Below are positions 22,858 to 34,447 of a DNA stretch of 64,000 nucleotides, one piece after another (the stretch's first letter is position 1; each line of letters opens with the position of its first letter). Location of the stretch: NCBI GenBank assembly GCA_002269645.1, contig NIVC01000051.1, forward strand, positions 124,001 to 188,000, in the 5' to 3' direction. Source of the stretch: Macrostomum lignano. Taxonomy: Eukaryota. The position numbers were made by a program, and so were the translations under genes. The notes under the pieces were generated by a model. It was not told where the DNA came from. It did not search any database and saw only the letters and a list, made by a program, of their open reading frames with translations.

Positions 22858-25800
22858 TAGAGCTTTAAAAACTGTTTATCTAATTTAAATTGCATATAAA
22901 AATTAACTTTAAATCCCTAATATTATTATTATAGACATTTATAAACACATACTAGAAAAACAATGAAATTTTGATTGTACAATATATATTATACATAAGG
23001 ATACAACTAGAAATTCAATGAAAAGAATGATTTTTATGGGTCAAGATCAAATGGGGATATAGAATAAACAATATAAGCCTATATTAAATATAATATATTT
23101 TGCTATTGTAAAGAAAAAGAGGGCAAAAACAGAGTTTGCCATTTGATTTAAATTCAATTCAATAAAATTGAAATTAAACTATATATAATATATACAATAA
23201 AGCCTAAAAAGTTTCTTTTCATTAATTAGGTTGCATTGGCATTAGTTACTAATGAGTGAATTAGAAAATAGAACTAGATAAAAAAGGAAGCAGCAACAGA
23301 ATCATCAGACAAAAGTAGATAATCAGAAGAAAGAATAAAAATAAAAGCTAGATATTAACTATACCTAGGCCCAATAACTTTTCATAATAGAGATCCATTT
23401 GGGTAGTTCAATTAAAGACAATTGCAACATTAGAATCTATTATTAAATAAAGATAGATAGAAAGCCTATACTAAAAAACACATGGAAAATAAAGTTGTCA
23501 ATATAAAGCTTTTTCAAAACAGGGGATTGTTTTATTGCTTTATTAATAAACTATAGCTTGATTAATTATGCTCCCTAATATAATAACCACATAAAAAAAT
23601 AAGTAATTTTTTAAGTTTTTTTCTTTATTTCACTAAATACATAAAGTATTTTGGCAAAAAAACTAATAAAATTATAGTAAACAAAATCATTTAAATAGTT
23701 TTAGAAAGGCAAATAACCATTCTTTAGTCTAAGGCTAGGCCCTACTATGATTTAATTTCTCTAATATCCCAATTTTATTCATAATTTCCAAGTATCATAA
23801 GTTCAAGCAGTGAGACACTTTATACAAGGGAATACCTGATGCAGCTTTCTGACCTGCCACATCATCCAGTTGGAAGCCCTCTGCTTTTGGCTGCTATATA
23901 AAGTGTTGCTGCTCAAGCTATAAGGACCACACAGGCTAGGCCAAGGGCAAACAGTGAGATTCTCTTCTTTGCCCCCCCCCCCTTTTTCTTCTCCCTCCTT
24001 TCTCTTTTTTCCTTATCTCTATTCTCTCTCTCTCTCTCCTAATATATATTTTCTCATAATGTTTATATAACAAAAATAACAAAATCTCTTATTCTTGACA
24101 TGCAAGATCTTTTGTGAAGGTGATGGCTTACTTATCAGTTGGTTTCCAGAAAACCTCCTTTGCAGTCTAGCCTTCTTTAATAGTGGCAAATGCTAGGTAG
24201 CTTCCTCATTAGCTTCATTTATCTTAACTTAAGCCCCCATCTTCCTAACCACAATGTGCATATATCAAAAATTTTGTTTGAGTCTCCAACCTAAGGGACT
24301 TAAGAGCTACTTTTGTATTGAAAAGGAAAACATAACTTAATTGTAGCCCTCCTCTATTTCAATCCCAATGTACATATAGTGTCCAAGACCAAAATTTCTG
24401 TTTTTGTTGCTTGAGTCCCTGATTCTAGGGGCTTTAAAGCTCTTCTAACATTGAAAATGAAAATATTTATCTGAAATCTAGTCTTCACCATCCTAACCTA
24501 TCTTAACTATAGGATGTCAAAGCCTATTAACTACTTGTAAGTTGTAATACAAGGTAAAATGGTGGCTAGCAGCTTTTTGTTATCAACAAATAAAAAAAGA
24601 TAGAAACAATGGCTACAAATTACATAAAGAATAGAACTAGTTAGAAAGCTGAAAGAGTAATAAAGTATAGGCTCTAGGCCCCCCTAATACTAATTGACAT
24701 TCTAAATTATATGAAAAATATCAAAATTGTAGTCAAACAAGAAATTAAATTTGATAACAATAGCAAGCAAGTTTATTCTATTTGATCTAGGCCTAATATA
24801 GGCCTAATGTTTTTATTTTAGAGTTTGAAGTATTTAAGGCTTTTTGTTTATGCTCCCTAATGACTGCCCAGTTTTTAAATGCTTTTCCTATTTATATAGT
24901 AAATAATGTTTCTATGTTTTATTTATAGGCTAGGCCTAGCCTACTTTGATATTTTATATTTTTTATATCATTTTATATTGCATTTGATATTAACAGAGAT
25001 GCAAACCATTGATAATAAACATGCAAAAGTGCATTTATTTTATGTCATTTACATTAATTATAATAAGTTTATTGGATTTAAGCTAGTTAAATGTCCTATT
25101 CCCAGTGTCCCCATCCATGTCCCAGTTTTCTAAAATTTGGGGGCCTATTGATTAGAGGTCAGATGGGATCCCAATCCCGATCCTGAAATCTTGGGATCCC
25201 AAGGAAAATTGAATTCCCGTGGGACCAGAGTCCCGACTTTAAATAACTTGAGATTCGGGAACAGGTCTTTTGATTAAAAATTTATAGAATTAGTGATTAC
25301 TCGAAGGTATTTTGCTTTAACTTGTACTCATTACATTATTTACTTTATTGGTTACAAAAATTCATAGGGGGCCTATCAATTTCGTTGTGTTTTACTTCTT
25401 GATCTTGATAATCTTTTCTCAATTTTGTTTAACTTTACATGGACAATACACTAAAAGACCTGATCCCGATTCCCAAATCCCGATCCCGATCCCAATCCCG
25501 AGAAAAAAATTATTCCCAATCCCGATCCTGCCCGAAGATTTCAATCCCGTCCGACCTCTACTATTGATAGTCAAAAAATGATTATAAAATATAATTATAA
25601 ATAGTTTTTTTAGTTTTTTCAACCTTAGCACTATTTTTAGCACCTATATAAAAAGTAGTAGGGGGCCTATGAATGGATATATTTTGGATTCTAGATTCTT
25701 GGATTCTATTTTGGAATCATGGGCATAGATTGAACATTTTGTGTAAGTTCTATAAGTTGTAGAAAATGGTTGAAAATTAAAATCTCTTTTTATATTGCCA

Positions 25801-26217
25801 AAAAAAGTCATAATGAAGCTAGGTAAGCCCTAACACTAACAATAAACTTGCTCTATAGATTGCCATATACTGCAAAGGCAACTTTTATAAGAGTTTCTTG
25901 ATTAGCACTATATTAGGTCTAAGATAGAAGTTTTGCATGGTCATATAGTTTATAAAAATTTGCATCAAAAAGGATTTCTTATGTTTTTAAGAATTTTGCT
26001 TTGTTCAAGAATAAGGTTTTTTCCAGGCTTTTCTGGGTTTTTCAAAGTTTTTTAAAGCATGGATACCCTGCATATAGATTGTCTCCCAAAAAGTGTGCAT
26101 GCATAGGCCTAGCTGCCTACTGAGACACCTTTTTGACTATGTATATTGTATAATATATCATGTCTGGCAATCCTATACTTCTGTTCAGTAAATTATTTTG
26201 ACACTGAATTTTGAACA
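22858..26217. other. AT-rich, CpG-free decayed repeat/relic region
   Basis: No CG dinucleotide seen by eye in 22858-25177 or 25561-26219, including in locally ~50% GC stretches; frequent taggccta/ctag. Confidence 0.65.
25153..25560. mobile_element. hAT-type MITE (408 bp)
   Basis: TIR TAGAGGTCAGATGGGA / TCCCGTCCGACCTCTA; perfect 8-bp TSD ctattgat (25145-25152, 25561-25568); subterminal tcccga arrays. Confidence 0.88.
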
Positions 26218-26340
26218 GGCGTGTTAAATAACAATGTAACCAAACAAAACTGAAACAGTGGAACATGGTAGCAGTCTGTTAGAGCGCATAGTCACTTAGA
26301 GTGTGTCTGCAGGTCATTAAGGTGTCTATAATGGATAGGC

Positions 26341-26545
26341 CTAGTAATGTCCAATCCAGTACAGGAAAGCCCCAAATGGACATTGGGGATACAGACGATG
26401 CCAGAGGAATTCCTCAATGTGTGCGTCGAAGAGAGCGTTGCTCGTGCCATGCATATTGCAGATCTTGCGCTTCGCGTGGGCCCATGTGCCCTCCACGGTG
26501 TTGGTGTGGACTGTTGGGTCTGCTGGATCTACGAAGTGCAGCCGA
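26341..26545 (-). pseudogene. Merlin (IS1595/ISXO2-like) transposase C-terminal fragment
   Basis: SHRLHFVDPADPTVHTNTVEGTWAHAKRK...G...AHIEEFLW matches NH...FVDP...HTNTIEG.W...K...G....YL.EF.WR; no upstream DDE portion seen. Confidence 0.82.
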
Positions 26546-27299
26546 TGGGAAATGAGAAATTGAAGCTCAAAAAACAAGCAGCTCACAAGCAACAGCTCCC
26601 TTAAACTGACACCCCCTTAAACTCTGTTTGCTCAAACTTTTGGCCATAGACACATTGCCAATTGATGTCATTTGACTCGGTGGTACGAACTCAAATGTTA
26701 AAATAATTTACCAAACGGAAGTGTAGGATTGCCTCATGTCCCTAGTAATAATTAAAGAAAATAGGCCTAATGTTAATAGTATCACTATCAAATATTCATT
26801 TTTAATCCAGTACACTAATTATGAACCACAGATACTACATAATATCTGTGTTATATAGTATCTGTGTTATGAACTTAATTAAAATTGTATTAAATATTTA
26901 AAACTAACGTTTTTATAGTTTTTTATCTTTAGGTGGCCTAGGCTATTATATTAGCAATTTTTATCTTCAGTAAGCCCTAAAATCTATTCAACGTTAGGCC
27001 TACTTTAACTTACTAAGCCGACTTTTTAAGTAATTTTAATTCCAGCTAGATATAGCAATAGCCCTTATGTGGACGCCAACAAAGAATGTGAATCTGAATA
27101 AATAAACTAAAGAAAAGTTCCTGAAATTTAAAGTTCTGTATTTTATATTACGTAGTTAGTAAAATTTGAGAATTTGAGCTTCAATCTGTAAGAAATAGGA
27201 ATGATTTTTTTGGAGTTTGTAATTATACGAACGTATCTGTTTCCCCATAGATATTCGTATTGATATTCAATTTCTAACAAATGCAACAAAATAAACCTA

Positions 27300-28510
27300 C
27301 TTGTACAGCTCGGATTTGCTTGAAAATTTACAGAAAAATTATTACACACAAAACAAACACCTCTGTGAAACTTCAAGTCCATCAGACCACGCAAAGCGGA
27401 ATGGCAAGGGTTTTAAAGGTGCTCGTATTTATAATGCATTGTATATGCGCACAGTGTATAACATGTATGCTCATTTGCAACACTTGTACAGCTCGGATTT
27501 GCATGAAAATTTACAGAAAAATTATTACACACAAAACAAACACCTCTGTGAAACTTCAAGTCCATCAGACCACGCAAAGCGGAATGGCAAGAGTTTTAAA
27601 GGTGCTCGTATTTATAATGCATTGTATATGCGCACAGTGTATAACATGTATGCTCATTTGCAACACTTGTACAGCTCGGATTTGCATGAAAATTTACAGA
27701 AAAATTATTACACACAAAACAAACATCTTTGTGAAACTTCAAGTCCATCAGACCACGCAAAGCGGAATGGCAAGAGTTTTAAAGGTGCTCGTATTTATAA
27801 TGCATTGTATATGCGCACAGTGTATAACATGTATGCTCATTTGCAACACTTGTACAGCTCGGATTTGCTTGAAAATTTACAGAAAAATTATTACACACAA
27901 AACAAACATCTTTGTGAAACTTCAAGTCCATCAGACCACGCAAAGCGGAATGGCAAGAGTTTTAAAGGTGCTCGTATTTATAATGCATTGTATATGCGCA
28001 CAGTGTATAACATGTATGCCCATTTGCAACACTTGTACAGCTCGGATTTGCATGAAAATTTACAGAAAAATTATTACACACAAAACAAACACCTCTGTGA
28101 AACTTCAAGTCCATCAGACCACGCAAAGCGGAATGGCAAGAGTTTTAAAGGTGCTCGTATTTATAATGCATTGTATATGCGCACAGTGTATAACATGTAT
28201 GCCCATTTGCAACACTTGTACAGCTCGGATTTGCTTGAAAATTTACAGAAAAATTATTACACACAAAACAAACACCTCTGTGAAACTTCAAGTCCATCAG
28301 ACCACGCAAAGCGGAATGGCAAGAGTTTTAAAGGTGCTCGTATTTATAATGCATTGTATATGCGCACAGTGTATAACATGTATGCTCATTTGCAACACTT
28401 GTACAGCTCGGATTTGCTTGAAAATTTACAGAAAAATTATTACACACAAAACAAACACCTCTGTGAAACTTCAAGTCCATCAGACCACGCAAAGCGGAAT
28501 GGCAAGAGTT
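27300..28510 (+). repeat. Left arm: 183-bp tandem unit, ~6.6 copies
   Basis: gtacagctcggatttgc at 27303, 27486, 27669, 27852, 28035, 28218, 28401. Confidence 0.95.
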
Positions 28511-29921
28511 TTTTTAAGGTGCTCGTATATCGTATATTTATATGATGCACATATAGCTTGCTAGCTCGTAAGCGCGATGCAACGCGAAGTGCAATACCTG
28601 CATATAGGCCCGTATATTATACATGTTACATGTACCCAGCTCATGCATGCGTGACTGCGAATTATGTCGGCACTGTTTTGGTGAGTATTCCACTCACGTT
28701 GCAAATGTAAAATTCAATTAGCAGAATGTAATTTTCATTGCTATTAATGCAAATAGCTATTGTCCACAAACATTTCTGTTGTTAACCCTATACCAATTCA
28801 GTCTCTGATCGTAGCTGCGTAATAAGTCATAAGTCTGAATTACTAACGCGAGCCAAATATTGCATGTACATGTATAAGCCAGCCCTGTGAAGCGCAGGTG
28901 CCAATTGTAGACTCCTCTTGGCTTGGCACGCAAGCCTAGCACAAAAATAACGCAACATTTGGCCTAATTTCTACACCACTCTATGCAACCGTTGGGATAT
29001 GCAGCTTGGGTTAAAAATACAAACTTGTTTCGAAATTTTCAAAGTGACAGTCGCTGAGAACTTTTGATGTATTTAGTATTACATGTTACGTACATGTGCA
29101 TATATGTATATGCACGCGTGGTACTTCTAATAACATCAATAAAAGCGTGGACAGTTTTGATGAAATGCATGTAACCAATAAAAAGGTTATAACAGGAATT
29201 TAAATTACAACAAAGATGAATACTTAAATAGATTTACATACAAAATGTACTGAACAGTTCGGCTCATAATCGCTCTATACCAACCATTAGATCGAGCATG
29301 TGTTCCCTAATAATATTACTCTTAGTAGTCATCACGCTGTTGTCAAGCTCTCGATTAAATCGGAGCCACAAAGATCCACTGTGGCGAGAGGTCCTACTTT
29401 TAGTGTAGAAGAGGCCCGATTGAAAACCCTGAGAAGTCCCATGAAAGTTGCAAACTGAACTATTTAAATGAGCGCTGCTCCACTCTCTGAAAGAATATCG
29501 AACACCTGCATGGGCCGCGGTTAGAGCCCCCTGTTTTGTTCGAGTGGGAATGGTTGTTCGCCTGTTCATGTCCATGTCGGTCGATCCCCAATTCGAGTGG
29601 TCCTTAGCATAAATTGATTATATTGCATTCCATGGCTCGTAATCGAACATCTGCATAGGGGGATGAAAAAAGCGGGCGAACAAACAAAAACAACGGGATG
29701 GGAGGGCGGCCATACATATTTTTCTAGTCAGAAAATTAGCAGCAAAAAGCAGCAGCCTCACGACCCTTCTGTACATGGAAGATTGGCCGTCGCGACTGCC
29801 ACAGGTGCACTCAGAACCAGATCTAGAGAACCTCTTGCTCCAAAAATAAGGAACTGGAGAGATCCATTTACGAGTAATGGCGACATTCACGTACATGTAC
29901 AGTTGTGTAAAAATCAAGTAA

Positions 29922-32542
29922 CTAATGCGAAAACATGTCTTTGCACGTTGCGCAACAAAAACCTGGATCGGTCGACCCTTCGACGCATTCTGTGTGATAC
30001 CAACGAAGACAGGAGGGACATTCAATCTAGAAATGAAGGGGTGAGCGAAAATTAACCGCATTATGCTGTAAGCACAACTCGACTGCATATTCGATCGACT
30101 GCATCTTAAGCTGGAGTTCAATCTGTATGACTGCTTTAAGCAATCTGCTTGGCAAAAGTGAAATTCGTAGTTAAAAAAATAAAAAAAGGAAAATTACTCG
30201 TATTTTACCCAATTTATGCGACGACTAACGCCCGAAGCGTCAGGTTCTGTGTTGCTACAGGCTGAGCACTCTTCCTGCGTTCCTCCATAGCTGTAGGCCT
30301 GGATCACATTCCAGATATACTGTCTGTATCTTCCGAGAGCCGTCGGATTGTTCTTGAACCGGAGACCAGAACCAAGAGCTAATGCCCTAGCGTACAGGCA
30401 TACAAACACTCCGCAACTATGACCATCAGATTGCATTGTTCTCGACATTGTGGCCAGCTCATATGGCTTCGATGTGCTGCTGGTGAATACCGGAGCGCTT
30501 TGGTCAACAAATGCCATTATTCCATCGGAAGCCAATATGCGGCTAGAAAGTTAACAGAAATTTTACAGATTTGCCACATCAGTACTTAAGTTCACTTTTA
30601 TTTATTCTCTGGACATGTACACAAACTATTGTACTCACTTCCATTTGCGAATTAGAACATGAAACTCTTGCTTCTCTTGCGCATTACGCCGAATCGAATC
30701 CAGCACAAAGACCTTTCGTTCAACGCCGCAAATAACGATCAAGTAAAAATGCCCGCTGTTTAAAATAGGCACGATTATTTGATTCAGGCCCTGCAACATC
30801 AAGAGAGCAAATAATTTTATACCTCAAATTGGTGCATGCGTAAGATTTTCATTGAGAATTCACTACAAGTGTACAAATTTATTTTGCATCAAAAACGACA
30901 TTATTGTTTCATTAACAGAACTTGCCTTCCATCCGAGAGTTCTTCTCAGCAAGTTCTGGACTCCATCGTTGAACTCATCTCCTGATAGATTCAATATGTA
31001 GTAAAAGTCGCCCTCACTTATTACAATCCTTTGGGCGTTGTTCGATGTGATAGCAGTGCAATAGGCCAATAAAATCTATCGCGAGTAATGCAAGAGGGAC
31101 AGGAAAAGATAATGGTGAAAATAGGTCATAAGTCAACTGAATTTTCTATTGTAAGTATTTACGTATACTTACTTAAGTATTTATTGTAAGTAAGTAAGTA
31201 TTTATGAAAATACTTACCGTGTAGTCTAACAGGTTGCTTCCCAACAAACTTTGACGATGCTCTTGCGTTACGGGAATATCCGTTCCAGAGCCAGGAAGGG
31301 TGAAGAGAATCTGGCTATTATCGCTTTGCACCGTTCTTCCTTTCTGCCGCGTGCTCCTCTTGCTTTGCCACCTGCTTCTACTGTTATCTGCGGTTCCATT
31401 TTGACTGGAATTTTTATTGGGTCTGTTCCTACCAGCTGTGCATCCCGGAAGTTTTGATTTTGGGTTGCTCTGTTGGGACTGACTGCTACTCTTTTCCGTT
31501 TCGTCAGGATCGGCGACATTAGCAAAATACTGATTGCTACTAGTATCTGAGTATCTTGAACGCTTGCTATTTCTCGACCTTTTTTGCCAACCTTCAGTTG
31601 CAGCTTCTTCTGAGATTGATGACTTCCTTTTTCTGCAAAAACTTGGAGCAGGTACTTTGCTCGAGATGGTGCACTCTGAAACTCTACGAAGTACAAAGGG
31701 TACATAATTCTCTACGAAGGTACTCAGCCTGGACTTGGTGTTAAATCGACTTTTCACAGAAGAAAACCAACTCTCCACATGAGCATTTGAGTAAAAAGAC
31801 TTTGAATTTTTAGCAATCAAATGATTCCATGTAAATATAGCCCATAGAGGGAGGATGGACAGGTATCTAAGCAAGAAAAAGTTTATCAATCGAGGGTTGT
31901 AGAATTCATTATCTGTCAGATGCGAATGACCGGTTTTATGCGCGAGAGTATTTTGAATTGTGGTAAATTCCTTTTTAAAGTATTCGTAGTATGGAGAATT
32001 TTTCAGTATCGCGTCACCTTCCGCGTTCATACTTGCATGATCCTTGTCTTGAAGTATAAATGAGTCTTTGTTGATTGATTCGGAATACTCTGGAACATGG
32101 CCATCTCTCAGAAAATTTGCTACCCTAGTTCTAGCAGCAACGGTTTGCTCGGCATACGGAGATCCAAATATAATAAGCGTGTCCATGATGAAGTTGACGG
32201 ATAGTTTTTGCGTACTGGAATACTGAATTAAAGAAAATAACTTCAAAAATAGCTGACGGCTTCGCTGGTTCAAGGAGTGTTTTTTGCAGTGGTCCGAAAT
32301 TGACTTTATAATATGATTGCTACACAGAAAAACGCCATATTGAATCTCGCTAGGGGTGTCCGTAATAAAGTAATTGTAATGAATTTGGATGTACGTTGTC
32401 ACGTCCGTGTGGTGGAAGTCTAAGCATGAATGAATTTGCGCCCATGAAAAGTCGGAAATAAAAAGAATATTTAGGTCAACAGAAAAAGGTGAGTTTACAC
32501 AGTGCAGAATTCTATGGCGGAGGAGTTTTAGAAAGTGAGAAT
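29922..32542 (-). CDS. MULE/NOF-type transposase (C-terminal half) fused to Ulp1/C48 SUMO protease and PHD finger; exons ~32542-31218, 31075-30926, 30790-30639, 30542-30209, 30026-29922; N-terminus not found
   Basis: ISDFSWAQIHS (2nd Asp), LCSNH (CxxH), LPLW...SNAHVESWFSSVK (Glu). Protease: NLLDYT|ILLAY, IVPILNSGHFYL, VLDS, QSDGHSCGVF (His/Asp/Cys triad). PHD: CSAC...INW|IECPSCLRWYHTEC...FCCATC. Splice phases all consistent (one GC donor). Confidence 0.82.
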
Positions 32543-32549
32543 CTATTAC

Positions 32550-33290
32550 AGACACGAAAGCAGAGAGGAGAGACAAAGGGAGAGAGAGAAGTGGAGTGAG
32601 GAAAGAGGAGAAAAGATGGGAGAGAATCGAGAGCAAAAGGGAGAGAGGGGAAAGGGAGAGACAGGGGAGAGGAGAGGAAAGAGAAGAACGGAGAGGGGAG
32701 AGAATATAGTAAGGAGATGAGAGATGGGAGAGCAGAGAACAGAGAGATGAGTGGAGAGATAAGAGCGAGGGAGAGAGAGATGGAGAGGAGAGGTGAGAGT
32801 AGTGGAGGAAGTTGAGAGAGGAGAGATGATAAAAGGAGACTACAGATCAGATAATGAGAGAGAGTATGAGGCAGGAAAGATATATTACAGAGGATTGAGA
32901 CGAGAGAGGAGAGAGTAAAGAGATGATAGAAGAGATGAGAGACGAGAGCAGATCGGGGGAGAGTAGAGAGAAGAGATCGGAGAGAGGAGAGAAGTGGGAA
33001 GTGTCAAGAAAGAGGGGAGAGTGAGGAGTGAGAATTTATACAGAGGGGAGAGAGAATAGAGAGTAGAGAGCAGAGATAAATAAGAAGAGATAAGAGAGCA
33101 GAAAATAAGAAGAGAAAGGAGAGATGATAAAGCAATGAGAGAGAAGAGAGTAGAAAAACCAAAGAAAGATAAGGAGAGACAAGAAAAGATCGGGGAGAGG
33201 GAAGAAATAAAGGAGAGAGGAAAAAAGAGATGAGATGAGATGGGAGGGAAAGGATGAGAGACGATAGAGAAGAGAGGAAACAGTAGAGAA
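32550..33290. repeat. GA-rich low-complexity tract inside the transposon
   Basis: Direct reading; CT-rich on the sense strand just upstream of the transposase exon acceptor. Confidence 0.8.
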
Positions 33291-33569
33291 TTGACTGAAG
33301 TTTCAAAGGAATCTAGGGACGTAGGGAGGCGCAGGGACAGAGGCCGGAGTTTGCCAATACTTGTTTTAAGACAGACATTGCCTGACATTCTTGGGCAACA
33401 CCACAAGCCAACATGTGATTAATGCTTGCCTCAAATTCTAATTTTATACGAACTTATACTCCACTTTTATTTTTAACTCTATCCTATAATTATTAACAAG
33501 TTCTGTGTTTGAGTATAACTTCATATTCTGGAACACAAGCAAAAGTAGTTCCGGCTGGGATTGGAATTC

Positions 33570-34447
33570 ATATACAATGCATTATAAATACGAGCACCTT
33601 TAAAACCCTTGCCATTCCGCTTTGCGTGGTCTGATGGACTTGAAGTTTCACAAAGATGTTTGTTTTGTGTGTAATAATTTTTCTGTAAATTTTCATGCAA
33701 ATCCGAGCTGTACAAGTGTTGCAAATGGGCATACATGTTATACACTGTGCGCATATACAATGCATTATAAATACGAGCACCTTTAAAACTCTTGCCATTC
33801 CGCTTTGCGTGGTCTGATGGACTTGAAGTTTCACAAAGATGTTTGTTTTGTGTGTAATAATTTTTCTGTAAATTTTCATGCAAATCCGAGCTGTACAAGT
33901 GTTGCAAATGGGCATACATGTTATACACTGTGCGCATATACAATGCATTATAAATACGAGCACCTTTAAAACCCTTGCCATTCCGCTTTGCGTGGTCTGA
34001 TGGACTTGAAGTTTCACAGAGGTGTTTGTTTTGTGTGTAATAATTTTTCTGTAAATTTTCATGCAAATCCGAGCTGTACAAGTGTTGCAAATGGGCATAC
34101 ATGTTATACACTGTGCGCATATACAATGCATTATAAATACGAGCACCTTTAAAACTCTTGCCATTCCGCTTTGCGTGGTCTGATGGACTTGAAGTTTCAC
34201 AGAGGTGTTTGTTTTGTGTGTAATAATTTTTCTGTAAATTTTCATGCAAATCCGAGCTGTACAAGTGTTGCAAATGGGCATACATGTTATACACTGTGCG
34301 CATATACAATGCATTATAAATACGAGCACCTTTAAAACTCTTGCCATTCCGCTTTGCGTGGTCTGATGGACTTGAAGTTTCACAGAGGTTTTTGTTTTGT
34401 GTGTAATAATTTTTCTGTAAATTTTCATGCAAATCCGAGCTGTACAA
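33570..34447 (-). repeat. Right arm: 183-bp tandem unit inverted, ~4.8 copies
   Basis: ccgagctgtac at 33713, 33896, 34079, 34262, 34445. Confidence 0.95.

Noticed and set aside
27281-28564. 427-aa and 414-aa ORFs as real host genes
   Set aside because: Entirely composed of the transposon's 183-bp arm unit; kept only as a structural observation
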